A stretch of DNA of 64,000 nucleotides, from the IMG/VR virus record IMGVR_UViG_3300033153_005382, positions 20,862 to 84,861 of that record; one strand, written 5' to 3'. The position numbers and the translations under genes were made by a program. The DNA comes from a virus. This document shows, in pieces, positions 35,158-45,411 of this stretch. Within the stretch, counting starts at the first letter, position 1; every line of letters begins with the position of its first letter. The notes beneath the pieces were generated by a model that had not been told where the DNA came from, searched no databases, and saw only the letters and a list, made by a program, of their open reading frames with translations.

Positions 35158-36104
35158 CAACTTTCTACTAAATCGAGATGTCGATTCTTCACACTATTCC
35201 TCCAATCTGCCATCCCTCCTACGTTGTCCTCCAAACACTGTCTATACACTGGCCACCACAGATTAAATCCCTTTGCAGACTTCTCTGGCCGACAACACGA
35301 ATCGCCATGGTAATGACGGACTACAACATCCTCATCCCTCAGCCCTTTCGGCTGGTATATTGGTGAACAGTTGTATTGCCCTCCGCAGGCCACAGCTATC
35401 TTATCCATATGCATGGACAACATCAGATGCAACACCCGCTCATCCGCAATAAACAACCTGCCACACCTTTTCGTCCACTCATACCACGTTGGCAATACTT
35501 CCGATATGGGCTGTGCTGCCCATACTCCTCCGTTAACCGACGGCCATTTGCTTTTGCTTGCCTTCAGAACATGCTCGGCTGGTACTGAACACTCTAACAA
35601 CTTCCTAATCCTATCGTAAACCATTCCACTGTCCATCGTCCAATCGTTCCATTGCGTAGCACAAAACGACCGATCCTCTGCTATCTCGAACAGTATATCC
35701 AGCTTCCCGTGAATTGTAGTATCCGCATCTAAATACAACAACGTGCCACAATCCAATTCCATCGCCAAATCAATCTTGTCGAGAAACTGTGCATTGCTTC
35801 CTACTCCATCCTTCCGTCTCAACTTGGGATGTCGTTCCTTCGCCTCAATCCCCAGCCGCCTATCCCTAGCTATGAACTCCTTCCCTATGGAAAACGATTC
35901 CGGCCAACAATAGACTTCAACTGTACCTCCCCAACCCGACTCCCTCAACGTCCACAACGAACAAACCAAATATGGCAAATGGGCCGCTCCACTCATCAAA
36001 TACACTACCCGACGATCCTTGCCTCCTTGAAAAACCACCGTGCGTGCCTGTGATTTTTCTTCCTGCGATGGTTCGAGGACTATATTGTCCGAATCCTTAT
36101 TCAT
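35157..36104 (-). CDS. GT8-like glycosyltransferase
   Basis: LLYLDADT, VNGGV, ADE, YN, RHYHG. Confidence 0.75.
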   Translation of the reverse strand: MNKDSDNIVLEPSQEEKSQARTVVFQGGKDRRVVYLMSGAAHLPYLVCSLWTLRESGWGGTVEVYCWPESFSIGKEFIARDRRLGIEAKERHPKLRRKDGVGSNAQFLDKIDLAMELDCGTLLYLDADTTIHGKLDILFEIAEDRSFCATQWNDWTMDSGMVYDRIRKLLECSVPAEHVLKASKSKWPSVNGGVWAAQPISEVLPTWYEWTKRCGRLFIADERVLHLMLSMHMDKIAVACGGQYNCSPIYQPKGLRDEDVVVRHYHGDSCCRPEKSAKGFNLWWPVYRQCLEDNVGGMADWRNSVKNRHLDLVES

Positions 36105-36144
36105 CTGGTTTACCTCCTAGCTAGCCTAGGTATTTTCTAGAAAC

Positions 36145-36933
36145 CTAAGACCACATAGCTTCCTCAGCTTCCTTCCTGATATTAGCTATTGACAACCGCT
36201 GCAACCATCCTCGTCGCCTCATGTTCGGTCTAAGAATAGACAATCCCATCCGTCTCGCACAGTACCACAAGTAACCATCCTGACTCGATACCGGTAATCT
36301 TCCATACCCGCATGTCTTCTCTGCCATCCTAATACACTTTTTCGTAAACTCCGTATTGAAAAACGCACACCAACTAATAATCCTCTTGTGTCCTAATCTA
36401 TCCTTACCTTCTTGCGGTACCATCCTCAACGGTTCCGTTCCTTGAAACTCCGGCAGTCTTCTTTGACATTCCTCTGCCCATTCATCGAGCACTAACATTT
36501 GATTCGGCGGCTTAGTAAATGACCAACAATGTGCTACTATAGCTGGATCATCGACAAACCAATCATCGCTTATCCAACTGTCCATTTCTTTAGCAACGAC
36601 ATCTGTATCCACCTTCAACCAATATGGTGTCTCAACGTGTGCTGCCATGTACACAAATCCGGACAGCATCTTTTCCCGCTGCGGATCCTCCCACCTATCC
36701 CCTGACTGTCCGAAATACGCTATCGGCCATGGTGGCCACCTGAAAAAACGAACATTGTTACGTCCCACAACTTGGGACACATCCGATTCTTTTATCTCAC
36801 CATCATCATAGAACACCAACTTAGGAACACTTGCCAGACTCGGCTTGTTCCTCATCCATGTCGGCCACACGATCGATAGCTGTTTCAGATGCTTCCGATC
36901 GACTCCTATTACTATCGTATACTGCCATTCCAT
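36145..36933 (-). CDS. GT-A fold glycosyltransferase-like protein
   Basis: TPYWLKVDTDVV (DxD), SQDGYLW. Confidence 0.6.
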   Translation of the reverse strand: MEWQYTIVIGVDRKHLKQLSIVWPTWMRNKPSLASVPKLVFYDDGEIKESDVSQVVGRNNVRFFRWPPWPIAYFGQSGDRWEDPQREKMLSGFVYMAAHVETPYWLKVDTDVVAKEMDSWISDDWFVDDPAIVAHCWSFTKPPNQMLVLDEWAEECQRRLPEFQGTEPLRMVPQEGKDRLGHKRIISWCAFFNTEFTKKCIRMAEKTCGYGRLPVSSQDGYLWYCARRMGLSILRPNMRRRGWLQRLSIANIRKEAEEAMWS

Positions 36934-37318
36934 CCCATTCCCCTCCCGATTCTAGCCTAACTATATCATCAAACTCACACTTCCCTCCTTCCTGGTCTGG
37001 CCAATACACTTCAATTAGCTTTCCACTCTCGACTACATTGAACCGATGTTCTATCTTGCTTGGAACGACTAACATATAGCCTGACACAAGATCGGCCATT
37101 GTCCTTGTCCAGCCATTCCACACTTCAACAACGATCTTCCCCTCCTGAACGTAGAACATGTTTGCCCGGTGCTGATGGTAATGCCTAGAACATCTGTAGC
37201 CGGCTTTAACTTCCAAATGACTAACTGCTGCGTTCTCGCTCTCGAATATATGACACACCCTGCCCCACACCTTCTCTTCCCACTCAGTCTTCTTCAAATA
37301 CGGTATCTTCTTACTCAT
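36821..37318 (-). CDS. Cupin (sugar isomerase-like)
   Basis: KVWG, CSRHYH...NMFYVQEG, VPSKIEHRF, IEVY, DIVR. Confidence 0.75.
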   Translation of the reverse strand: MSKKIPYLKKTEWEEKVWGRVCHIFESENAAVSHLEVKAGYRCSRHYHQHRANMFYVQEGKIVVEVWNGWTRTMADLVSGYMLVVPSKIEHRFNVVESGKLIEVYWPDQEGGKCEFDDIVRLESGGEWDGMAVYDSNRSRSEASETAIDRVADMDEEQAESGKCS

Positions 37319-38507
37319 CTTTTTCCTCCCTCTTGCCTTTCTTCCTCTTATACTCCTTCTTCAACTCCGATCGCCTCTCCCTAGGCCACGTTAACCCGCA
37401 ATCCAAACACTTGTCTTCTCCTATAATGCAATCCATCTGCACATGCCACGATTCGCACTTCGGACACCGACACTTCTCGTACCATCCTTTCAAATCAGGG
37501 ACTTTCTCTACCCACCCCACGGCATCGTCTACTGCGGCGTCGAAGTCAACAAATGGAAAGGCCCTCAATCCACTGTACTGACAACAGTTGAATACCTCCA
37601 ATCCAAACCGATCGAACACTCCTGTACTTTGCATCCGAACCAACCACTTGTTCAACACCTCATACTGATGGTTATTCGACTTACATCCTCCTTCTCCTTT
37701 GCCTTGATTGAACGAATACACTTCGCCTGGCTTCATCCGAAAATCCACACCCACTAAATACACACGTCGTGACCCTAAATAATACAACAACCTTAGACCC
37801 AACAACATGGTCGACACTGTCTTTTCCTCTCCTGTCCTTTTTACACCGGAATCCAAATTGCCCCAAGCTGCTCCTTGATCAGTGAAAAACGAATCATCCG
37901 GTCTAAACCAACTATTCCTCTTGAACCTCCAGACATTAGGTACCTCTATCGTACGTCCATGTTCCACAAACGTATTCCCATTATACTTCCTTCTGATCAT
38001 GCCCCGAGTAGACTTACTGACCTTCGGTCTTGGAACGAATTTCATCACCCCGGGGTCAAGCCACACACTATGCGTAAACTTCAACGGAGGATCGGAACAC
38101 ACAAATGCCTGAGGCCTTACACCGAATCCAGCTGCGTTGTTCACTGCCAAGGAAAACGTGCCACGACGATTCAAAAGCTCCACTTTATCTTTACCTGACG
38201 GTCCTCCACATACTAAAAAACTAGGTTGTCCCTTCAGCATTCCCTCCCACGCCTCGGCCTCCATTCCGGATGAACTTGTTACTAACAATGGATCAATCCA
38301 CTTCTCCTTAAAATCCTCATCCGATCTAACTAGCCTATCTACACACTCCCCACACCATGGCAACCTTCCGCTCCTTGTCTTGCCTGCCGTACACTTCCCG
38401 AATTTCCGACACTGGAACCTTTTCTTTTTTGCTTTCCCTATTTCCTCTCCCCGAAAGACGCACTCGTACATTGACAATTTCCTCCTTACCATAGTCGCTG
38501 CGGACAT
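37311..38507 (-). CDS. DUF115/Maf/GT42-like glycosyltransferase with Cys-rich termini
   Basis: LVCGGPS, LAVNNA, CSD, LLYYLGSRRVYLVGVDF, FNC. Confidence 0.65.
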   Translation of the reverse strand: MSAATMVRRKLSMYECVFRGEEIGKAKKKRFQCRKFGKCTAGKTRSGRLPWCGECVDRLVRSDEDFKEKWIDPLLVTSSSGMEAEAWEGMLKGQPSFLVCGGPSGKDKVELLNRRGTFSLAVNNAAGFGVRPQAFVCSDPPLKFTHSVWLDPGVMKFVPRPKVSKSTRGMIRRKYNGNTFVEHGRTIEVPNVWRFKRNSWFRPDDSFFTDQGAAWGNLDSGVKRTGEEKTVSTMLLGLRLLYYLGSRRVYLVGVDFRMKPGEVYSFNQGKGEGGCKSNNHQYEVLNKWLVRMQSTGVFDRFGLEVFNCCQYSGLRAFPFVDFDAAVDDAVGWVEKVPDLKGWYEKCRCPKCESWHVQMDCIIGEDKCLDCGLTWPRERRSELKKEYKRKKGKREEKDE

Positions 38508-38971
38508 CCCATCAATCCGTTCTTCAGCCTCTTCTTACATGGTATCTTGACCATGACCCGAAACCTATTACACATCCCCTCCGGCTGGAACAAACAAAGA
38601 TCTTCCTTTTGATTATAACTCAAGCATTGACGACATAACCTAATTGCAAACCTACGGTCTTCCCTATTATAGACCTCAATATTTTCCCTCTTCCCGCATC
38701 CCTGCGAACGTTTTGTCTTCGACTGTTTCGTCGAGCGTTTCGTTGACTTATCCTTAACAACAGATCCTCCCTTACGTTCTACTGTCATTGATATAGGCTG
38801 TGTCGGTCCCCTTCCCTGCTCGTACAAAACACGAAACCGAACATCGTCTACTACCATCTGACAGAAGTGCGGGAACATCTTACAATCAAAACGAGCACAA
38901 TGGTAAGATCGTCCTCCTCCAAACATTAGACTACATGGACAATCAGGCATCGACACACTCATGGCTTCCAA
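38486..38971 (-). CDS. Cys-rich hypothetical protein
   Basis: ORF track; multiple Cys pairs. Confidence 0.5.
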   Translation of the reverse strand: MEAMSVSMPDCPCSLMFGGGRSYHCARFDCKMFPHFCQMVVDDVRFRVLYEQGRGPTQPISMTVERKGGSVVKDKSTKRSTKQSKTKRSQGCGKRENIEVYNREDRRFAIRLCRQCLSYNQKEDLCLFQPEGMCNRFRVMVKIPCKKRLKNGLMGCPQRLW

Positions 38972-40073
38972 GTTCAGTGATTATGATGTAAAACGAACCC
39001 GCCACCTCGTCATCGCAACAATCGCATCCGACTGATGGATCAGCCCCCTCATAACCACTCAAAGGAAACCTCACCACCAACGGACTGCACGAAGTTACTT
39101 CCTGTTCCTCATAACAATACCCAATACAATAATCTGGCTCCCCGACGCATCCACCACCCGGATCTAACAAATTCGTCAACGTAAACTGTTTTCCTTCTTC
39201 ATGGGGATAGGAACAGCAATCGGACCACTCGCACTTAAACGTCCACGCAGCATCAGAACAAAACAATCCTTGATCTGACTTCCAAACACGGTCGCTGTGA
39301 TCGTAATACAAACAAAAAGTAGCTCCGTCTAAATTAGCCTCACATCCTCCAAACGCATAGACCGTGGCAAGCAATGTCTGTGCTATGCAATAATCCTTCC
39401 CGTTCTCCTCACACATACATTGCTGAGTACAACACTGCACTGGAGGCTCACCGGGAACTCGCTCGCCATAGAAATTTTCGAGCGTGAACGTTTCGAACTC
39501 TACCTTCTGTGCTCCCCCATTACCTACCCCCGCTTTCCTTCCTGTCGAAAATAAAGTCGGATTACAGTAATACAGTATGCTGCCTGGTGGGCTTGGATTC
39601 GGCTTGAACGAAAAGCTTTCATTGTTGATACATATCGTCAATCCCGACTCATCTTCAAGCTGACTAATAACTTCTTCATGGAGCAGACTGTTTGCTCCGC
39701 CCTCCCGCTTGTAAAATCTGATCGTCGTATTGCCTGCGTTCTGTTGTACCTCAACAAAATGGTAATTCTGCTCATCCACAGCATTGCAAATCAACCGTGG
39801 CATGTCGCCTACGTCCAACAACACATCAGCATTCACATGCTGCTCATTGTTTGCAGTTTGTATTGCAGTCAAAGCACACGCATTGGCAGTTCCACTCTCA
39901 TCGAGAGTCGTCCCAGAATAGGACCAAGTCCCAGACTCCTCAGTCCAATCAGAACTTAGATCGGGAGACGGGTCATCGTCAAACTCGTCCGTAAAAACTG
40001 CACACGTTCGACAACAACAACTGGAAGCTGTTCTCCGCCGACTCATTCTAACAAGCTCCCATTTCATCTCCAC
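38943..40073 (-). CDS. Cys-rich putative tail-associated protein
   Basis: About 27 Cys (CCC, CC pairs), a lectin-like beta segment, and a position three genes after the tape measure. Confidence 0.5.
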   Translation of the reverse strand: MEMKWELVRMSRRRTASSCCCRTCAVFTDEFDDDPSPDLSSDWTEESGTWSYSGTTLDESGTANACALTAIQTANNEQHVNADVLLDVGDMPRLICNAVDEQNYHFVEVQQNAGNTTIRFYKREGGANSLLHEEVISQLEDESGLTICINNESFSFKPNPSPPGSILYYCNPTLFSTGRKAGVGNGGAQKVEFETFTLENFYGERVPGEPPVQCCTQQCMCEENGKDYCIAQTLLATVYAFGGCEANLDGATFCLYYDHSDRVWKSDQGLFCSDAAWTFKCEWSDCCSYPHEEGKQFTLTNLLDPGGGCVGEPDYCIGYCYEEQEVTSCSPLVVRFPLSGYEGADPSVGCDCCDDEVAGSFYIIITELGSHECVDA

Positions 40074-40737
40074 GGCAGCAGAGGTCGAATATCACTCCGA
40101 TTACACCGGGATCATTTTCAATCGGCATCATCTTACACATTCCAAACCCTCCAACGTTAGCCTCATGGCCTACCTCATTCCTGTCAGCAACGTATATATA
40201 GTTGTCACAATCGTAATCGTAACCTCCATCTCCGGACGGGTTCCAAACCTTAATGGCAGCTTTGACTTTATCCCCAGAGAACTGTTCGAGATTCTCCATC
40301 AACATAAACTCAACCGTCCCTTGCATTCCTACAATAGGTACGAAACAGTCCCTCTGTTCGTCCCAATACACAATGATCAGATTACCTACCTGGTATCCAG
40401 GCGGCGTCCTGTTGACTCCCCGTTCATCCATGATCCATTCCTTATCATCGTCCGTGATCCACTTCCCCTCACTATTTCGAAACCAACGTAACTTGATCTT
40501 GTACAAGCCGCTGGTAGCACTATCTCCTTCCGCAGCCGTAAGATCACTTACCACTGCTACCGATGTTAACCGATTGAACTCCCCTGCCGAAGACTCAAAC
40601 GATCCGCTATGGAAACCATCACTAAACGTTCCGGGTTTCTTTTGCTCGAACTTGTTGACATGGCGATACACTCTATCCATATCAACGGCTCTCAACGAGT
40701 CTCCCTTCTTCAATCCCTCGGGCAGATAGTCCTTCAT
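40048..40737 (-). CDS. Putative tail protein
   Basis: Position after the tape measure; LKKGDSLRA N-terminus. Confidence 0.45.
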   Translation of the reverse strand: MKDYLPEGLKKGDSLRAVDMDRVYRHVNKFEQKKPGTFSDGFHSGSFESSAGEFNRLTSVAVVSDLTAAEGDSATSGLYKIKLRWFRNSEGKWITDDDKEWIMDERGVNRTPPGYQVGNLIIVYWDEQRDCFVPIVGMQGTVEFMLMENLEQFSGDKVKAAIKVWNPSGDGGYDYDCDNYIYVADRNEVGHEANVGGFGMCKMMPIENDPGVIGVIFDLCCRGDEMGAC

Positions 40738-40738
40738 G

Positions 40739-41701
40739 CTACGGTTCCCATATCTCTGTCAAATTGGTCTGGCTGTACATGTAATTGCCATCCACCAACA
40801 ACTTCCTGTAGCCGTAATCCGGTCGCCAAATATGCTGATGCGTCACCTCAACTCCTGCAGGTGACGTAAAATTCTTCTCCACAAACTTCATCTCTAGCCG
40901 AATCGGATTCTTCCCTGACCGTCCTCTCCGCCACGTAAACTCAGTCGAAGCAGTAAACGACATGAACAAGATCGTATCAACTGGGGCATCGTGAAACAAT
41001 GGCATGCTGCTATCATTTACCTTGCCCAGCTTTCCGCGTAACCTTCCCATTAACGTTCCATCCCAAAAATCAAATGGAATCCTCGGCCAACTGACGCTCC
41101 ACTCAACTGATGTCTCAATCTTCGTGTTCGGTATGCTTTTTTCGGTTACCTCATCAGACTCGCCCGTACAAATCATATCACCGACATCGTTTTCATTACA
41201 TTCATATGGTTCCGCATCATCGGGTAACTCCCACATAGCCTTTCCTGACAACGGACTTTTCAAGAACACACCCGTCGCAGATGAACTGACCGTCAAGAAC
41301 GTAAACGGATTATGCGGATCCTGTTCCTCGTCGTTCTCGGGTGTCGGTCCGTATGATACGACCATCTTCATGTATGGACAATACGTTCCTTCAGGCGCTT
41401 CCGGATCATGTCCAAACGGATCACATGGTAAGCTGTCATCAAAACTAACAAACCGTAGTCTATTAGGTACTAGAGTACCTAACCCCGGAATCACAGGCTG
41501 CTGAGGATAACGCAACGAACTTCCAAACACTACTGGTTCTGGAAACCCGAATACACACCAATCATACAAATCGGATGCCTGTATCAAATACTCTTCTGTG
41601 ATCCGTGCATCCTCATACCCTACCTCCCCTTCGCCGGCCTTCAGTATTCGATACTTCAATCCAGCGCTATTTTCCAAACGCCAACTTCCTGGATCTTCCA
41701 T
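40739..41701 (-). CDS. Putative distal tail/hub protein
   Basis: Immediately downstream of the tape measure; GKVND...F...TILF pattern. Confidence 0.5.
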   Translation of the reverse strand: MEDPGSWRLENSAGLKYRILKAGEGEVGYEDARITEEYLIQASDLYDWCVFGFPEPVVFGSSLRYPQQPVIPGLGTLVPNRLRFVSFDDSLPCDPFGHDPEAPEGTYCPYMKMVVSYGPTPENDEEQDPHNPFTFLTVSSSATGVFLKSPLSGKAMWELPDDAEPYECNENDVGDMICTGESDEVTEKSIPNTKIETSVEWSVSWPRIPFDFWDGTLMGRLRGKLGKVNDSSMPLFHDAPVDTILFMSFTASTEFTWRRGRSGKNPIRLEMKFVEKNFTSPAGVEVTHQHIWRPDYGYRKLLVDGNYMYSQTNLTEIWEP

Positions 41702-41712
41702 TCGAACCTCCC

Positions 41713-43845
41713 CTAGCTTAATCTTGCAATGGGTTCTCTCAAATTGAACTTCTGAAGCTCCCCTCGAATCTCCTTCTGTACTTCTGTCTGATGCTTCAAC
41801 TCTTCGACAGTCTGTGCTGCTGGATCATCCTTCTTCAACATCAAATCCTGCACTTGCTGAGCAAACGTCAAAAACCCAACTTGGCCTGTTCCTATTCCTT
41901 CTTTTTGACCTGCTAATCTACGCAAATTACTAGTGTACGTTTTCTCGCTAATCTCCTTCCCTTCGTACATTTTCTTCAGCATATCGAATTCCTCCTTGAT
42001 ACGTTCCGCATCCGTCGTCCCTAATCTAACAAAACGTTGCTTGGCTAATTCCCACCTCTGTTCCTCTCTCCTCGCCTCCTCTACCTTCTTCTTAACCTCC
42101 TCCAACTTCCGTGCCCACTTCTCATACTCCTTCTCCATATCATAAGTCACACCAGCCTTTCTTCCGAACAATTCTACTGCCCTTCCTACATCATCATACC
42201 CATTCGCTAGGAAAAACACCTCCTGCTTCAATTCCGAAATCTCTGACTTGGCCTTGCCTATGGGCGTCCCTTCAAATGCCTTTGTCAGTGCCTCCCTCAA
42301 TTGCACACCTGTAATCTCACCATACGCACGCAGCGCAATTAACTGTCGTCTGTGATCACGAAAAGTCTCTTCCCACCCCTTCCTTGTAGCCTCCTTCTTC
42401 ATCATCTGCATTTCTTCTTCCGATCCAAACTGCTGCATCAACTGAAGACGGTTCAACTTAGCAATGGCCTTCCCTAAGGGCAACTTCTCAAACCCTTCGC
42501 CTCCTAATTCGATATCAGGTCCTTCCTCAAACAATCCCAACTCTGCATTCTTAACACCCCTAACCCAATTCTCCGTCTCCTTCTGAATCTCTTGGATTAC
42601 TTCGACCCATTCATGGAATACACTCTCCTTAATCCTTTCCAACTTCATCTCACCCATAGCCTGAGCCGCTTCCTTGGCTGCATCGGTCACACTCGCCAAT
42701 CCTTCCTTCACATCGTTAGTACCATCGGCCATCTCCGCAATTACTACTCTAGCATCCCTCACTTCTTCTACTGTATCTCCTAACAAACTATTCATTGCAT
42801 ACAACGATCCTGCTGCAGCTGCGATGCCTATAGCCATTTGTGCCCAACCTTTTGGTCCAGACAGAGCCAGAATTAGTGTCTGAATTGCTACAGTCGTTTT
42901 CCCTAATGCGTTATAAACTCCTACAGCTATTGACAGTATCTTCACTGCTGCCGCAGCAGACATCAACGCAATTCCATACTTCGCAACGTTCACTGCTAAA
43001 TTAACGAAGGTTGTAATCAACTCCTTATTCTCTCCTATCCACACTCGAACATTCTCAGCTATCCGAATAGCGTTAACTTCAAACCGTTTAGCTGCCGGCA
43101 TTAACATATCCCCAATCACCCTAGACGTAATACCCAACACGTCCTTGAACGTGCTCCACAACCCCAACAAACTCGTACTTTGCTTCTCCATCAAATTATG
43201 GAACCTGCCCCCTTCTTCCGACAATTCCCTAAATATATCCTTCAAATCCTCAAAGGACACTCTTCCAGTTGATATCATCTCCTGAGCAGCACTTGTCGTT
43301 ACGTCAAAATGATCTGCTATATCTTGCAACGACAAGATACCCCTTGTCGACAGTTGTCTGAAATCTTGAGTCAATAGCTTTCCTACGCCTCGCACCTGAT
43401 TGAACACTAACGCCAAAAACCCAAACGGTGTAGATGTTCCAGAAGCTGCATTGCCTAGCATTTCCATAGTCTCGATCAAATCCTTGCCACGCTCCCCGAA
43501 CTGAATCAATCCCCTAGCAGCCTGGAGAATTTCAGGCATTTCAAATGGAGTCAACGCGGCGAACTCGGTAAGATCGGCCAAGGTCTTCTTCGTCTCTTCT
43601 GCCGACCCTAACATCGTCTCAAACGCAATTTTCGTCTGCTCGAATTGACCTGCCTTCATCAAGGACGTAATCGTTCCAAAACTTCCGGCCACTACTGCTA
43701 ACGCAGCGCTTAACCGTCCGGATATCATCCCTTCCATCCTGCCCAAAAATTTTCCGGTCTGTCCTTCTACCTGATCAAAGTCACTCCGCAACTTAGATTG
43801 GTCAGCCTGTATGGCAATGAACGCTCTTGCTAATTCTAATCCGAT
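41713..43845 (-). CDS. Tail tape measure protein
   Basis: FETMLGSAE, FAALTPFEMPEI, QLSTRGI, GGRFHNLM..QSTSLLGLWSTFKD tape-measure domain. The frame is open upstream to ATC at 43845 (IGLELARAFIAIQAD). Confidence 0.9.
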   Translation of the reverse strand: MGLELARAFIAIQADQSKLRSDFDQVEGQTGKFLGRMEGMISGRLSAALAVVAGSFGTITSLMKAGQFEQTKIAFETMLGSAEETKKTLADLTEFAALTPFEMPEILQAARGLIQFGERGKDLIETMEMLGNAASGTSTPFGFLALVFNQVRGVGKLLTQDFRQLSTRGILSLQDIADHFDVTTSAAQEMISTGRVSFEDLKDIFRELSEEGGRFHNLMEKQSTSLLGLWSTFKDVLGITSRVIGDMLMPAAKRFEVNAIRIAENVRVWIGENKELITTFVNLAVNVAKYGIALMSAAAAVKILSIAVGVYNALGKTTVAIQTLILALSGPKGWAQMAIGIAAAAGSLYAMNSLLGDTVEEVRDARVVIAEMADGTNDVKEGLASVTDAAKEAAQAMGEMKLERIKESVFHEWVEVIQEIQKETENWVRGVKNAELGLFEEGPDIELGGEGFEKLPLGKAIAKLNRLQLMQQFGSEEEMQMMKKEATRKGWEETFRDHRRQLIALRAYGEITGVQLREALTKAFEGTPIGKAKSEISELKQEVFFLANGYDDVGRAVELFGRKAGVTYDMEKEYEKWARKLEEVKKKVEEARREEQRWELAKQRFVRLGTTDAERIKEEFDMLKKMYEGKEISEKTYTSNLRRLAGQKEGIGTGQVGFLTFAQQVQDLMLKKDDPAAQTVEELKHQTEVQKEIRGELQKFNLREPIARLS

Positions 43846-44878
43846 GACACACCTCCTTCCGAATACTTACTCGAAGGACGTTTCGTTTTTCCTTCTCTGA
43901 TCAATCTAGCCAAAGACTTTCCTTTCGTCTTCAACTCAATCGAACTTCCGTCCCTTGCTCGTCCCTTAACTGACCCATCCTCACCAACTTTCACAACACC
44001 TCCTACTCCTTCTGATCGCACAGTAACGGTCCTTTTTCCAACATCCTCTTTCAGTAACTCCATCTCACATAATCTATGGTGTACCTGATCCTGCGTCATC
44101 TCCCCTACCTCCTCATAACTGTATCCTCCTCCCCCATTCCACGGATTCTCGGTTAAGATCCGAATATGATACGCAGTGACACTGCTTAACAGCCCGCTAG
44201 GTCTTTCTAACTCCTCATCCGTGACATTCCTGACCTCAGCGGGCTTTACCCATTTCCCATCTGAACAGCCGTCAACTTCTCGACTATCCTACTTGCCTCA
44301 ATCAGCTTGGGGTAATCCCACTCACACACATCCTCATAGCTCAACTTGTTCTTCCCGCTCCCTTCCAATGCAAGATAAACAAACCTCGCCATTCCCTCTG
44401 CTGAAGCAGTCACCCACCACTGATCATATCTAACACTTCCTCTCCTAGGAACAGTCCCACTGAGCTTCTTTACCTCCTGCGGTCCTATTATCTTAGTATC
44501 CAATGCCATGGACAAAATCGCCCTAGCCGAAAACTCCTGTTCCGGTCTCAGATCAAATTCTGATTCTATCCAATCCAACAACTTGGGCGTCACTGGAATC
44601 GACGACGCATCGTACACATGTTTTCGAGGCAACGAGGATACGTCCCAACTTGCCACCTCCTCCATTTTCGCTTGCAGTACCTTTGCGCTATCCTGACCGT
44701 TGACCAGCTTCAAGCTGTCTGCAAAGCTCTCAATGTACTGCCTCTTGTACGCCCGAAGAGCTTCACGCTCTAACTCACAGAGATGTCTGACTACGATTGG
44801 CCGAAGCCTTACCTTCTTTTTTCCAACCTCTAAAACATCTCCAGCGCCTAATGCTCTCGCTTCCCTATCACTTCCCAT
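43836..44878 (-). CDS. Tail assembly chaperone pair joined by a -1 programmed frameshift (short form 44246..44878)
   Basis: Slippery G-GGA-AAT at 44258-44252, just before the TAA. The -1 frame stays open and joins the 43836..44099 ORF. Confidence 0.75.
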
Positions 44879-44892
44879 TGTTCTATTCTCCT

Positions 44893-44948
44893 TGAAAAAC
44901 GAAAACCCTGACGGGAGTCGGGACTCGCTCCCGATCCCCGACAGGGCC
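44893..44948 (-). terminator. Terminator-like hairpin after the major tail gene
   Basis: CCCTG..GGGA.TCGGGA / TCCCGA.TCCC..CAGGG followed by TTTTCGTTTTT. Confidence 0.5.
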
Positions 44949-44978
44949 TGATCGAACTCTTCAACTGTTCCTACCTAA

Positions 44979-45392
44979 TTATGGACTCTGCCCCGGCCTA
45001 TAGTACTGTCCATCAGCACCCCAACTGGACGTCCACCCAATAACCTCCTCGGTATCGATATTAACGCTTACCTTGAAGTCCATACACAACGACCGAGGGA
45101 AATTCCAATTCAACGTGTCGTTCATTTCGAGAATCGATGCAGCGTTATCTCCCTCCTCAAACAGGTCCCAAACTTCGTCAGTCGTATCGTACGTCCCGGT
45201 CGTATCGAATGTCGCATCCTTACGACCGGCAGACCTATTCGTATAACCATTGCTATCAGAATCGCCCCACTCGTTGGTATTCGCCAACTTGGGATTCACG
45301 TCCCACGTCTGGAGGCGGGCGACGTACGTTCCATCGACGGTATGCTCACCGTCCCTTCCTGTTAAGGTACTTTCAGAAGACATAAACCTCAC
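44979..45392 (-). CDS. Major tail (tube) protein
   Basis: ~135 aa with TLTGRDG, DSDSNGYT...GRKD; lies upstream of the chaperones and tape measure. Confidence 0.7.
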   Translation of the reverse strand: MRFMSSESTLTGRDGEHTVDGTYVARLQTWDVNPKLANTNEWGDSDSNGYTNRSAGRKDATFDTTGTYDTTDEVWDLFEEGDNAASILEMNDTLNWNFPRSLCMDFKVSVNIDTEEVIGWTSSWGADGQYYRPGQSP

Positions 45393-45411
45393 CTCCTATC
45401 TGTGCCAGTCG

